From Lama guanicoe (Eukaryota): a stretch of 64,000 nt of DNA. Location: NCBI GenBank assembly GCA_013239625.1, contig MU053468.1:1-64000 (forward strand), in the 5' to 3' direction. Shown piece after piece: positions 23,686-35,785 of the stretch (its first letter is position 1; every line of letters begins with the position of its first letter). The position numbers and the translations under genes are program-made. The notes beneath the pieces are model-generated. The model was not told where the DNA came from and did no database searches. It saw nothing but the letters and a program-made list of their open reading frames with translations.

Positions 23686-24110
23686 TGTGTGTGCAGGTGT
23701 GCATGAGGAGGGGTGTGTGTGTGTGAAGGTATGAGTGTGTTCACATCTGTGTGCATGTACGTGCATGAGTACAAAAGGAGGAGCAAGCTTGTGCACCTGC
23801 ATACGTGTGTGTGCCCGTGTGACTGTGTGTGGACAACTTGCTGTCCGTGTTATGAGACCACAAGCCTGCAAGCATACACACTAGGCCATTTTCCAGCAAG
23901 TTCACCCCAGCAAGCCTGCACCAGTGTTGGCAGCCGCCGTCTGGTTGGTTGGTACTCTTGCCACACGTTTTAATACTTAGAATATCATCCCTTTGCCCTG
24001 CATATGCGTGTCCTTGTGGTGCGTGAGTTTTGTGTGTGTCTCCCAGGTTGTGTGTCTAGGTATGAGTGCACATGTGTTGGAGCTCTTGTGTGTGAGCTTG
24101 TGTGTCTACG
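23686..24110. repeat. Degenerate (TG)n-rich tracts, split by a short unrelated segment (~23885-23995, possibly a small hAT MITE)
   Basis: tgtgtgtg-rich blocks at 23686-23830 and 24003-24110. Confidence 0.65.
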
Positions 24111-27100
24111 CACGCTGCTCCGGCCAGGGGTGACTCAGGCCAGAAGTATTCATTGTCGTGGTCCCAGCTTGAGGGAAATCCTCTTGAGTCTGAAATGGAA
24201 AAGGCCCGGGGCTGAGGGGCTCCACGTTTCTCAGGCTCCAGGCAGCATTCCCAGGCCCTGTCGCCCAGGGGGACTGAGCCAGGGTGCAGGGGAGCTTGCA
24301 CAGGCGCTAAGGGGACAAGAGCAGAGTCAGATTTCCCTTTTGGAAGTCCCCTCCGGGGCTGCTGTCAGGAGGGATGATGGGGCCTGGGAAAGTGGTGGGG
24401 AGGAGGGACCCGGGGTGGCCTGGACCAGGCCTCCCACAGTGGATGGGAGGAGGGAGCAGATCTGAGGGACATTTAGGATGCAGAATGGACAGGAATCAGT
24501 GACTGGAGGGCAAACAAGGCATGTGTCCTCCCTCTCTCTGTGTCTGGTCTGAGCGACAGAGGACACCTCTGGGGAAAAGCAATTTGTGCAGCTTGCTGAG
24601 GGCCAGTCCATGCCTTGGGCCTGTCTCAGCTGCCTCAACTGCCCTGGGTGAGGACAGTAATGCAGGGTAGGGGGATGGGCGGGGACAGCAGGAGAGAGCT
24701 GGTTTGGGGACCTGGACAGTGCAAAGGGCCTGTGGCCATGCAGGAGAGGGTGTCCGGGGTGGGGCTGAGGGACCTATGCCAGAGGAGCTTTGAACAGCTG
24801 GCTTCATTCTTCACCATGACTTGACCTCAAACCACGGCTCTTCTTGTTTGTTTTGTTTTATGATCACGGAACCCAAGTCTGAAGTGGTCGTGGAAGCCCT
24901 CGGACTCTAAGACCCGATTCACACGCAGCCCGTGGGGAACACAAACTCCCAGCTTTAACAGCCTAGGCAGTTGGCCCTGGAGGCACCTGGTGTGGCATCT
25001 GAGCCACCCCACCGTTGTAGGGCTGAGGAAACCAAGGCCCAGAGGGGTGGTGACCTCCCAGGGTGCCCCACGTGGCAGGGTGGGGCCAGGCCGTCCACCC
25101 CCAGGAGGGCGCACCTCTCTGATGGAGTGTCCCTCCCTGAGCCCAGGCAGCCGCCTCAAGAGACTCTGTAATTACAGGATTAGGCGGCAGCCTCTCCGCA
25201 GCTGGGCCCTTCACCCCTCAAAGCCATCCCGTGGAGACGAGGATTTGGTGGCATGGGGTGGGTTTCCAGGTGTGTCTGAGGAAACCTGGCCTCCTGGGGC
25301 GGCTTCTTCACCTGAAAGGTCCCATTGTGGCTGCAGCCTCCCTCCTGTCGGCTCTATTTTGGGGTCAGGATCCACCCTACTCCAGCTGGAGGAAGGAAAA
25401 GGTGTATTTCAGTATGTCCTGTGGGCGTGGAGGAGCCGGGGAGAGATGAGGCGGGGGCCTCAGCTCCAGCAGAGAGCACAGCTTGGAGGGGCTGGTGCCC
25501 GGGGCATGGAGGGCGGGATGCCCTCGAGCGGCAGTTGTGAGGAGGGCAGCGGCCTGGCAGCCCCGGTGGAGGTGGGAGTCTGAGGGAAGGATGGGCGTCA
25601 GCTGCCAGGACTTTCATGTGGCTCCAGGAGGCCGGGTTGGCAGACCCTGTCAAGCTGGAATGTGGGTCTGCAGACTGCCTGGGCCCCGCCTAAGACTCGC
25701 CCGCCAGCCGCTTCCTGATTCAGACCTCTGTGGGTGCCTGGCCCCGGCCCCAGGCCCAGAGGGAGACCCGCCCTGCCCTCAGGGTTCCCCAGTTTGCGGC
25801 GGCCTAAGGGCTGGTGAGACTGGGAGGACACACGACTACTCCCCCTCCTTGGTGCATCCAGCCCTTTCTCTGCAGCGCTGGGCCACCTTCCTGCCTGCCC
25901 AGCCTCCTCACCTCTGCTCATGGGGGTTCTCTGTCTGGCGTGGCTTGGGGGCTCTTCTTAGCCCATCCTGATCCTGCGCATCCTTCAGGGCTCTGCTCAG
26001 CGCCACCTCCACTGGGAAGCCCTCCCCATTCTAGGCTTTCCTCTGACTTCCTTTGTGCCAGCCTTCCCCAGCACTGTGGCTGCTGGGGCCTCTCGGACAG
26101 CCTCCTGTCCCCCACCTCGCACAGGGTCAGCCACGGGGGTGAGGGGCTCACCGGAGAGTGGCTTGATGTGTGACCTGGGGCCTGAGTCTTCTCATCTGTG
26201 AAATGGGTGTAATGATATGTCTTATGAGGTGGCTGAGCATTAGATGGGTGACAAGGGTGGACGTGCCTGGCAAGTATTCAGTTCCTTTGGTTCCTCTGTC
26301 CTGGGTGTTTGCAAGCCTTTGGGTGCTGGAGCCTGGGCTGCCCTGGGCACAGTCCCGTGACTCCAAGAATGACTAATTCCACTCCCGCAATAAGCTCTTA
26401 GAAGCTCTGAGAAATGAGCCTTTTATCCCTCCTTGCTGCTTCATTAAACTCTTCTTGAGTGAGTGCAATGAGGATTGTCCTAATCCTTTGTTAGTAGCTG
26501 GGGGGTTCGGGGAGCTGGGAGGGACAGGCCCACAGGGGCCTCCTGTTGCTGGCAGATATCGGGGCAGGGGGCTGGCACACAAGGTTATCCCAGCCCCACA
26601 GGTGCGCAGGGTGGGGGTGGGTGCTGGATGGGGCCGGAAGCCCCCAGTATTCCAGGCTGGCTTTGCCCTGGGCCAGCTATCGACCTCTGGCAAGCCCCGG
26701 CTCTGACCCGGCAGTTTCACTGTGCCAGGCTTGCTTACCTCCCTGCGCCGCTCTAGGGGTCTGGGAGGGGGATGGCCTGGGCGGGGCTGTCGATGGGGTG
26801 CCTGGGCCAAGTGGTCTGGCTGGCATTCAGTAGGCACCTCCTTGGTGTACACAGGCCTTCAGGGAACAAGGGGAGGGGTGGGCAGCCTGAAGCAGCCCCT
26901 GGACCTTTCTCCTCTAAGTCTGTTTCCCCATCTTTAAAAGTGGCCTGGGAGTCCTGACTGCCTCCTCCTGCAGCCCCTGGGTGACCTCAAGGGCTGGACC
27001 CTGGGGGCCATCCATCAGGGGGAGAGCTCGTCCCTGGCACTCCCGTCTGGGTCATGGCTGCCTGTCTGCCCATGAGAATGTCTACCCATCTTGGCGGCTG

Positions 27101-27265
27101 CTGGAACTGGGAAAATAGTTCCAGACCTCATCCACCCCAGTAAGTCTCAACAGTGCCTTCCTCTGTGCCGCCTGAATCTCCCTCTCCTCGGGTAGGAAGA
27201 AACAACATGGGGAGGGGTAGGCGCGAGGTCCAGAAAGCCTCACCCTGGCTGCCCTGTGTCCACAG

Positions 27266-27331
27266 GCGTTCCTGGCCCTTGGGGAGCTGCTTCTATCCTG
27301 CAGCTGCGCAGTGGTCGCTGACATCCTGCTG
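27266..27331 (+). CDS. SPNS3: SPNS3 exon 9 (66 nt): AFLALGELLLSCSCAVVADILL
   Basis: Acceptor gtccacag|, donor |gtaggt; follows an 18.6 kb intron; not represented in-frame in the ORF track. Confidence 0.92.
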
Positions 27332-30080
27332 GTAGGTGTGGCAGTTGGAGTGGAGGGCTGGTCCTGGGGCCTCTTGAACACTGTGGACTCACCACTGGAC
27401 TTCTGCTGTTGAGTGGCCACTGGAGGTTGGGAGAGCTTCAGAGACCATGGGTTAGGGAACCAAGGTCAATGAACAATTACCTTGGACCAGGGGCCTCCCT
27501 GACACTCTCAAACATATCTCTGACCATCACTCCCATTTTGTAGATGAGCAAATGGAGTCTCAGAGAGGGCAGGTGCCTGGACCAAGCTCACACAGCATGC
27601 AGAGGCTGAGCCAGGACTGGGGCCCAGGCTTTTTGTCTCTAGGGCTCCCTCCCTCCCTCTTTCTTGACCATACTCCTTCTCAGTAAGCAGGCCTCCGCTT
27701 TCGGTGTGCAGACAGGGATGCCAGACTTCAAGGCCACTGAGCCCAGGTGGGTCCAGGCTGCCCCAGCTTCCGTATCAGGGGCTGCAAGGCAAGGGGCCGG
27801 CTCAGGCTGTAGCGAGGCCTGCTGCTGTCCTGATCACACGACTGCTGGGTTCAGAGTCTAGCACCGCCCTTCTTGAGCCGCACACTCTCTGCCCAGCCTC
27901 CCTGCCTCCTTCTAGGAGACGTGCAGGGGAAGTTTTTGAACACTGAAGGGCTATGCCCTTGTGGATTATGCAGGGTCCCAGACCGAGGGGGACCCCAAGA
28001 GCCCTCCTCCTGCCTCCTGGCAGCCTGGCATGGTCTAATGCTGGGCGTGAGGGAACCAGAGCAGCTTGGCAGTCGGCTGAGAGCTGTCTAGTGCAGGGGC
28101 ATGAACCTGGATTCAGGAAACAGGCCTGGGTTTCTGCTCTGCTTCTGCCACTTACTGTGTGTGGCCTAGGCGAGTCACTTTGTGTCTCCAAGCCTCAGTT
28201 TCTGTGTGTGGAAAATGGAGATGAAAACACCTCATGGATTATTGTGTGGGTGAAACGAGATGAACTGTGTGGAGCTTTTGCCTGGTGTCCAGCACCGAGA
28301 ATGCTGGCTTGGGTTCTGATAGCAGGTCAGAGGTTTCTGCTCTCTCATCGTCCGTCTCCCAAAGAAAGCCTGGCATCCTGGAATCTTGGTTTGAAAGGGC
28401 TGTGAGGAAGGGAAGTCATTTAACTAGCCAGCAAGACCTGCTTGAATACTACTGTGGACCAGAGGCTCGCTCTCTGTCTAGATGTTCTTCCCTGTCCCCA
28501 CGGCCCAGGCTCAGCAAGTGTAGACAGGGCTGCCCTGTCTTTGACTCCTGGGTGGGTGTATCAGCTGCAGGGCTGGTGGATCTTCTCTTTTCCTCCCTTC
28601 ATACAGGAGACTTGGGCTGCAGCCCAGACTCAGCCACAGACCTGCTGAATGGCCTTGGGCCTCAGTTTCCTTGCCTATAAAAAGGGGTAATCACAACCGG
28701 CCTGGCGGGGTGAGCGAGCTAGCCTGAGGGAAAGCCCTCAGTACATGGGATCGTGCTGGCAGACGTTGGCTTGAGTGGGGTCGCCCACTTGCAAGCACAG
28801 GGAATGAACTACCCACCCCCCAGCCTGTGCTCTGAAACCTGCCCCAGCTCCCTCTGCCTGTCCCCCACGCTCCTGCCCCCTGCTCCACATGGCAGCCCCC
28901 AGATATGTGAGGACTGCGCCCGTGTTCCCCAGTGTCTGTGTCTGCAAGAATGATTAACCTGGCAGAGCCAGGCTCTTTGCAGAGCTGTGTCTGGGTTGGG
29001 GGCAGGGGTCAGGGGAGAGGAGGGGCTGGGAGCCAGTCAGCCATAGTCTAAACCATCTGATTCTGCTGGGGAGCTGACTGGCGCTGCCCTGGGGGACGGG
29101 CTGGACGTGATCCAGCCCACCCGCTGTTCCCCACCCCCCTCCCCAGGCTCAGAGGCCTGCAGCCCCCATAGCTTAGCCAGGACCTGTCATCCCAGGAAAG
29201 CTTCTGCTCCCCTTCCCCCACCTGCCCACCTTCCCGAAGGCCCTCAGTGAAGGACGGCCTTGTGACACTTTGGTGGCCAGAGCTGGCCAGTCCCTGCAGT
29301 TCCTGGAGCCCAGTCCTCTGGCAGAGAGGGGAAGGCTTGGGGAGGGAGTGGTCTTGGGCCAAATGCTGGTGAGGGGCGGGCTGTGGGGACCCGGGCTGTG
29401 CAGTGGAGAGGCAGACAGATGCCAGCTCAGAGCAGGGTGAGGAAAGGTGGGAGGCGAGGAGACCCAGAGTATAACTCCTGTAAGAAGCTGCACTGAGGAG
29501 GATGGCAGCTGGAGCTGGCAGGACATAGGTTCCACATAGGACATAGGTGTTCCTTTTCTAGAGGTGAGGCAGGAGCAGCCTCCAGGGGGCAGGAGGGGAG
29601 GTGGGTGGAGAGGGGCCAGCAGGGAGTGGGATGGGGGCTGGGGAGGAAGCAGGCAGGGGCAGGAAGTGTGTAGGGGACACTGGTGTGGCAGGAAGTGCAG
29701 GGAGGTCCCATCTGCTTGCCTGCCCTTGCTCCTGAGGCAGAGAAGGTGAGAGGGCAGCAGAGCCCAAGAACCAGGGTTCTAGAACAGCCCACTTGTTTCC
29801 ACTCCCAGCTCTGCTGCTCTCTGGCTGGCTAAGTAGCAACCTCTCTGGCCTTGGTTTGCTCACGTGCGCAGTAGGTAGAAAGACAGGACCTACCAGTTAC
29901 GCCCAGGCTGCCAGGGACCAGTGAGCTAGTGTCTGCGTCACAGGTGTTCCTGAGGGTCGCTGAGGACTCCCCGGGCCGCACGTCAGTCCTGCCTCAAGGA
30001 CACTCCTCTCATTGCCCCCCTTCTCCACAAGGAGGAGAATCCAGATTCTCTGGGGGATGGGCCTCAGGGGCTCTCTGGTC

Positions 30081-30275
30081 CAGTGATTCTCAAGCTTCAT
30101 GGGGCATAAGAACTGGGTTTGGGGGAGCTTGTTACAAGCTCAGCTTCCAGGCCCTCTGTCCTTGGAGTCTAATTTGGTTGGGTCTATGTTGGGGTCCAGG
30201 GGTCTGAATTTCTAATGAATGTCCCATGGGATCCTGATGGCGATGTTGCTCAGAAGGCACCTGGAGATCGCTGGT
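30081..30275. mobile_element. MER5-like hAT-Charlie MITE
   Basis: cagtgattctcaagctt...ggtctgaatttctaatgaatgtccc...ggagatcgctggtcta. Confidence 0.6.
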
Positions 30276-33067
30276 CTAGCACAGCCAGCCGCCCAGCCCA
30301 TGAACCCCTTGCAAAATTCTGACTAGCCCAGTCCCTCCCCTTGTTCACACACCCTCCAATGGGGAGTTCACTCCTTGCGCACTGGGAAGACCTTGCCTCC
30401 TGTTAGGTCAGTTAATAAAAAGGATCTGGCCCTGTCACAGCCAAGACCCACCTCAGACCACCCCTGGCAACCATCCCCTAGCCCAGATGGGTGGTCGTCA
30501 GTCACTCTTCCGTTCTCTCTCCATCAGTGTCTCCATGCTTTCCCGCACTGCCTCCTGCCCCTAGGTGGCCGTCTGCTCTCTTGTCTGTCTCACCCTCCCA
30601 GGGGTGTCTGGGTGTGAGGCTTGAGTCGGGGATGGGAGGCAGGCTGCCAGGGAGTCTGCACCTGGTGGCTGCCACTTAGACTTTGTGCAGACCCTTGATC
30701 GGCGCTGGTTATGCCCCAGGCTATAAAGGGAACAGCTCTTCTAAGATGGGTGAGTCAAAAACAGAGGTGTTTTTGTCTCAGAATAGAGTGAGCCTGGCAT
30801 TTTGGGAACTCAAAAGCCTCTGAACTTCTAAAATTACCTGCTGGGCTCTCCAGCTGCTGGTGGGGGGCCCAATTTTGGCCCCTCGGCTGTATGGAGACCT
30901 GGGGACCCTGAACTGGCTTGGGGAGACAGACCTCTCCCACCACCAGCAACAGGGACTGGTCTGGCTCCAGCAGGTCCGAGTTCCTGGGAAGGGAGAAAGG
31001 GATGGCTCTCTGAGGATCCAAGCAGCCCTAGCCCCTGCATGGACTTTTCTGGATGCTTAGGGCCCATGTTCTAGGAGGCCCTGCCCTTCTGCCCAGAACC
31101 ACCAGTGAGTAATCACATAATTATGGGGTGAGAAGGAAGCACTTGGGGAAGGTGCAAAGCTGTGGTCAGTTCCTTCTCAGGCTTGTTGGCAGGTCCCAGT
31201 GATGAGTGGGAGGCCCGGTTTCTCTCATCACCTGGACAGAGTGGCTCAGTGCCAGTGACTCCAGGACCAGCCGGTCATCCTCGGGAGTGCCCTGCCCACC
31301 CACAGGGCTCCTCTCTCCAGTCCTGCGGCTCCCAGTCCCTGGGCTCCTGCCTCCACTTTGGCTCACCCTGTCCCCTGCCAGGAGCACTTTTCCCTCTTCT
31401 CGCTACCAATTTCCCACTTGTGAGGCTAGGGGTGAGTTTGTCCTCTTAGTTCCCCTTGCTGTTGTTCAAACATTCTATAACAAATGCATAAATATTGCTG
31501 GAGAGGCTCCTCCTTGCTCCTAATGGCAGAGTAATCAATGGTCAGACCCTGGAGGAGAAGGCCTGGGATCAAATCTCAGCCCTGCTATTTCCTGACTGGG
31601 TGACCCTGGGCCAGTTACTCACCCTCTCTGTGGAGGGTTTCCTTATCTGTAACATGTGGATTGTAATTGTATCTCCCTCATGGGTTGGTTGAGTGGATAT
31701 AGAAAATATATATAGGAGATATATAAAATGCATACAGGAAGCATTTAATAAATGTCAGTAACTATCATTGTTATTATTCTCTGATGGGCTTGGATTATGG
31801 ACAGCTAGTCCTTGGGGATAAGACTCTGGGGTGGAAAGCTCCCCTGTGGCTGCCCTTTTGGGACCACTTGACCATGTGGCTTCTGCTTGAACCCCTCCTC
31901 CCCCAACACCCGTCCCTCGTTGCACCCCTGGGTTCTGGCAGAGTTTCTCCTGGGACCAGTGTCCCAGATGGTTCTACCTGACTTACTTAGTTGGCAGACT
32001 CTCAGCGAGTCCCCTCTGTGCCTGGCGCCTTGCTGTACCCCAGGGAGCCTGGGAGAAATTAGGCAGGAGCTTTGCTGCCCAGACGCTGTAGGGGTGAGGG
32101 GAGGTGGACAAAGATGGAACCCTTCCAGCTGTGGGGAATGTGCATTCAGCTAGGAATGCACACAGGGGCTGTGGGAGCTCAGGGTAGGCACCTGAACTCT
32201 GAAAGGCTTCACGGAGGAGGTGAGCCCAAAGTCAGTCCTGAAGGGCAAATAGGGATGCTCCAGCTGGACCAGAGAGGGGAAGGCTCTCCAGGCAGAAGGC
32301 ACAGCATATTCAAATGCCCAGAAGCATTCTGCCTCCTGGACTCATAGGGCGTTATTTCTGTCTGATGTCCACCTGAAGCCTCCAGGTAGCAGATGGAGAA
32401 TGATAATAAACAAAATCCTCCATGCAGGTGCTATTAGCCCCATATGGGGATGAGGAGCCTGAGGCACAGGGAAGTGGAGTGGCTGGCCCAAAGTCACACA
32501 GCTAGCGAGTGGGGGACGTGGGATTAGAACCCAAGACAACCTGACTCCGGAATTCATATTCTTAACCTTCCACCCCCTACGATGTAGGTCTTTCCAGCAA
32601 GGCTGCCTTTAGTCTCTGCCCAGAGGGGCTTCAACTTCCTGAGAGAGAGGCTGAGCCCCCACACCACCCCACCCAGGTGCCCACACATGCAGACACCTAG
32701 CCGTGCACCTGCTTCACCCTACAGCCCACACTAACGCCTCCTGGGCCTCTAAGCTGGGACGCCCCAGTCCCATCAGTGTTGTCACAGGCAGGCCTGGTCT
32801 CCCTGGTTCCAGGCAAACCCTCAAGAAGGGTGGCCTCCATCAGGGGCCTGGCAGCTCCATCCCAGGGGACTGGGGAACCTTCCTGAACCGAGGAGGGGCC
32901 TGATGTCCTGGTGGTGGTGCTTCAGGCATTGAAGTTGCTGACTCCCTTGCCAGCCTCTCACGCTGCCAGGCAGGCCCGTGGCAGGTGGGGAACAGGAGTG
33001 GGTGTGAGGGGGCACCTGCTCTCTGCCCTCACTTGCAGAGCTCCCCTGGTTCTCCTGTGTTTTGCAG

Positions 33068-33166
33068 TCTGTGGTGGTGCCCAGGTGTTGGGGAACAGCA
33101 GGGGCACTTCAGATCACAGTGAGCCACATCCTGGGAGATGCCGGCAGCCCCTACCTCACTGGACTT
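33068..33166 (+). CDS. SPNS3: SPNS3 exon 10 (99 nt): SVVVPRCWGTAGALQITVSHILGDAGSPYLTGL
   Basis: Acceptor gttttgcag|, donor |gtaaga; HILGDAGSPYL spinster motif. Confidence 0.95.
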
Positions 33167-33297
33167 GTAAGACTGGGTGACTCCAGGCAGGCCTAAGTGG
33201 GTAGGGAATGGGGAGGGCCTAGGGGAGGAACTGTCCTGGAGGAAGGCCTGGAGGCTGGCCTGGTGGGCCTGGCAGACCCATTTTCTCTTCTCTGCAG

Positions 33298-33469
33298 ATT
33301 TCCAGCGCCCTGCGGGACGAGGGCCCTGATTCCCACCTGCAGCACTTCCTCAGTCTCCGGCGAAGCTTCCTATGTCTTGTCTTCGTCATCATCCTGGGTG
33401 GCGGCTGCTTCTGGCTGACTACGCTGCACCTGGAGAGAGACCAGGCCCTGGCCCAGCAGCCTGGCCCAG
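33298..33469 (+). CDS. SPNS3: SPNS3 exon 11 (172 nt): ISSALRDEGPDSHLQHFLSLRRSFLCLVFVIILGGGCFWLTTLHLERDQALAQQPGP(G)
   Basis: Acceptor ttttctcttctctgcag|, weak donor |gtagcc; open frame including the last TM helix. Confidence 0.92.
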
Positions 33470-33559
33470 GTAGCCCTGCCCCTTGCACCCATACCAGGCT
33501 CAGGGCTGACCCCTGAGGAGCAAGGAGCACCAGCCACCCCCTGAGCCCCTGGCCAGTTG

Positions 33560-34345
33560 ATTCATCTGTTCCTTCATTTATGTATTTATTCAAAAATAGT
33601 TATCACTCCCCTGCTATGTGCCAGGCAAGGTTGCAGATGCTGGGGAGTGAAGGCCAAGTCTAAGCCCTTATGAAAATGAAATAAACAAGAAACAAACAGA
33701 AGAAGCAAAAGATAGAGGATGTTGGAGGTGATACGTACTATGGAGAGACGTTAAGCAGGAAAGTGGAGAGAGAGGAACAGGTCGGGGCAGGTTTGCAATT
33801 TTTGAAAGGGTGGTCAGAGAGGTCCTTGCTGCACAGGTGACCTTAGAGCAAAGATTTGGAGGAGATAAGGGAGTGAGTCATGCAGCTGTTTTGGGGCAGG
33901 TGCTCCTGGCAGAGGGAACAACCAGTGCAAAGGCCCTGAGGTAGGAATGTACCTGATGTGTTTGAGGGCAAGGAGGCCAGTGTGAATGCAGCAGGAGCAA
34001 GGGGCCAGTGGTAAGGACGAAGGTGGTAGTAATGGGGCCAGAGCATGGGGAGTTTGGGAGCCTATGTAGGGACTGAGGCCTTACCTCTGAGTGAGATGGA
34101 AGCTGCTATGGAGTTTCCAGTGGACAAGCCCCAGGGTGTCTGATTTACATCATAAAAGCACCACTTTGGCTGCTGTGTTGAGAACAGACTGTAGGGGGTC
34201 AGTGTTGAAGCAAAGAGGCTATAGGAGGCTGGCAGCCATCAGGGGAGAGCAGCGGGGCTGGGACCATGGTGATGACATTGAAGGCAGAGACAAGGAGTCA
34301 GATCTGGAATTTATTTTGAAAATGGAAGCTAGGGTATTTTGTGAA
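33560..34345 (-). mobile_element. L2 LINE filling most of SPNS3 intron 11
   Basis: ttcatttatgtatttattcaaaaatagttat...cagtgcaaaggccctgaggtaggaatgt...ccactttggctgctgtgttgagaacagactg. Confidence 0.8.
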
Positions 34346-34418
34346 AGCCTGTGCCCAGACCTGGTCCCAAAACACCTTCTGCCTCCTTTGGGGCTGGCTG
34401 AGCTCCTTCCTCCCACAG

Positions 34419-34507
34419 GGACCCCGGACAATAAGGACATGGATGGCAAGGCCACGGAGAGCCAACCCCTACTTCCTGGCACGAGTGCCTCCACAAAGGA
34501 CCACTGA
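34419..34507 (+). CDS. SPNS3: SPNS3 last coding exon 12: (G)TPDNKDMDGKATESQPLLPGTSASTKDH*
   Basis: Acceptor ccttcctcccacag|, phase matches exon 11, TGA at 34505-34507. Confidence 0.9.
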
Positions 34508-34788
34508 GGCCCCTGCCCTGCAGTGAGGAGGCCCCACCCACCTGGCCTGGATCCCTCCCGGTGGCCTCCACTGCCTCAGTGCCTCTGCCCACCTTTGGCT
34601 GTGGTTCTGGTGCCCTGGCCGAGCTGCACCTGCCACTTCTTTGCTCCCGGCTAGATAGCTGGCAGCGCCTGCGGCTGGGCTGGGAATTGAGCTGCCACCA
34701 CCCTCCGCGGGAGGCCCACGCCTGTGCCTACACCCAGCACGAGGCCGCTCCAGCCTGGGGTTCTCAGCCTGGCTGCCTGTGGGCCCCG

Positions 34789-34794
34789 ATTAAA
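34789..34794 (+). terminator. Probable SPNS3 polyadenylation signal ATTAAA
   Basis: ATTAAA hexamer ~280 nt downstream of the SPNS3 stop codon. Confidence 0.65.
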
Positions 34795-35785
34795 GTATGG
34801 CCAGTACAAAGCCCATGGATATAGGCCTGTAGACAATCCTGTAATTTATAGCCTCAAGGTGTCTCTGCTGGGATTGGAAGCAAGAGAGGCGGAGGTGGGC
34901 AGTCTGGGCCAAGGATGCAGGGCTGCTGCTCTGGAAACCAAGGAGGCTGCTCAGCGTGAGTGTCTAGGTGTCCTCACCCTGGACTGCCCGCTCTGACCCA
35001 GCTTCCCCACTCTGAGGGGTCAGGAGGGCACAGGACACCGCTCTGTGTGAGTTCACCCTCTGAGCAAAAGATGGGGCTGAATCAGCAGTCTTGAGGGTGG
35101 GTTTCTCCTCTGGCTGGTGTGGGGGTGTGGCTGCAAGATGTAGGGAACCGCTCTGAGAAGTGCCCAAGCCTGCACAGACCCCGCTGCCCCAGAGCCACAC
35201 CGGGGGACTCGCAGGGCCTTGTACCTGTGCCCTGCTCTGCGCCCTGACCCCCACCTCAACCCCATGCTCTGACCCCAGCCCAGCCCATGGGGAAAGCTGG
35301 CTCTGTGGGACTCACATTTGGCCACTGGGTTCAGAGCAGCTGCACACAGTGGACCCTGCAGGAAACCAACAGCTTCCAGGCGGGCAGCAGTGGGGAGGCA
35401 TGTTCTTTCTGCCATGAGCATGAGTGCCTCTCCCCCTCCCCCAGTGCCCTGCCGGGCAATCACTGCTCGCTCGCTGATCGCCACCTTCGCTGTGCCAGGC
35501 TGGGCTTGCCTCCCAGCAGCTGTGGGCAGAGCAGTGATTTAGACTCACGCTCACCTCCTGACCCTTGCTTGCTCCATCCCTGCCCCTTATCACTGGATGG
35601 GACAAGCTCCAGGAGCTGGACTCTTGAGCTCAGCCCACACCTCCCCCACAACCCAAGTCTCAGCCCTCCCTCAGGAGCAGCCATCACCGGGCTGACCAGC
35701 CCCTCAACCCACGATCTGACACTTGGAGCTCATGAAACAGGCTGCCTCTGAAGTTACAAGAAAAAGGATTCCTGGGGGTATTTGG

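Larger units (their letters stand above)
494..34507 (+). pseudogene. SPNS3: SPNS3 (spinster homolog 3, MFS transporter), exons 3-12; frame disrupted in exon 6 (candidate pseudogene or sequence error); 5' end lies upstream of the window
   Basis: Ten GT-AG exons in order whose translation matches SPNS3 (GYLGDR, WRWALR, LGDAGSPYL motifs). All junction phases are consistent except across exon 6 (144 nt where a length of 2 mod 3 is needed). Gene identity is high confidence; pseudogene status is moderate. Confidence 0.7.

Noticed and set aside
22916..26852. Cluster of 150-200 aa ORFs in the GC-rich part of SPNS3 intron 8
   Set aside because: Overlapping on both strands, mostly non-ATG starts, no domain similarity or coherent exon structure; a lncRNA cannot be excluded but is unsupported.
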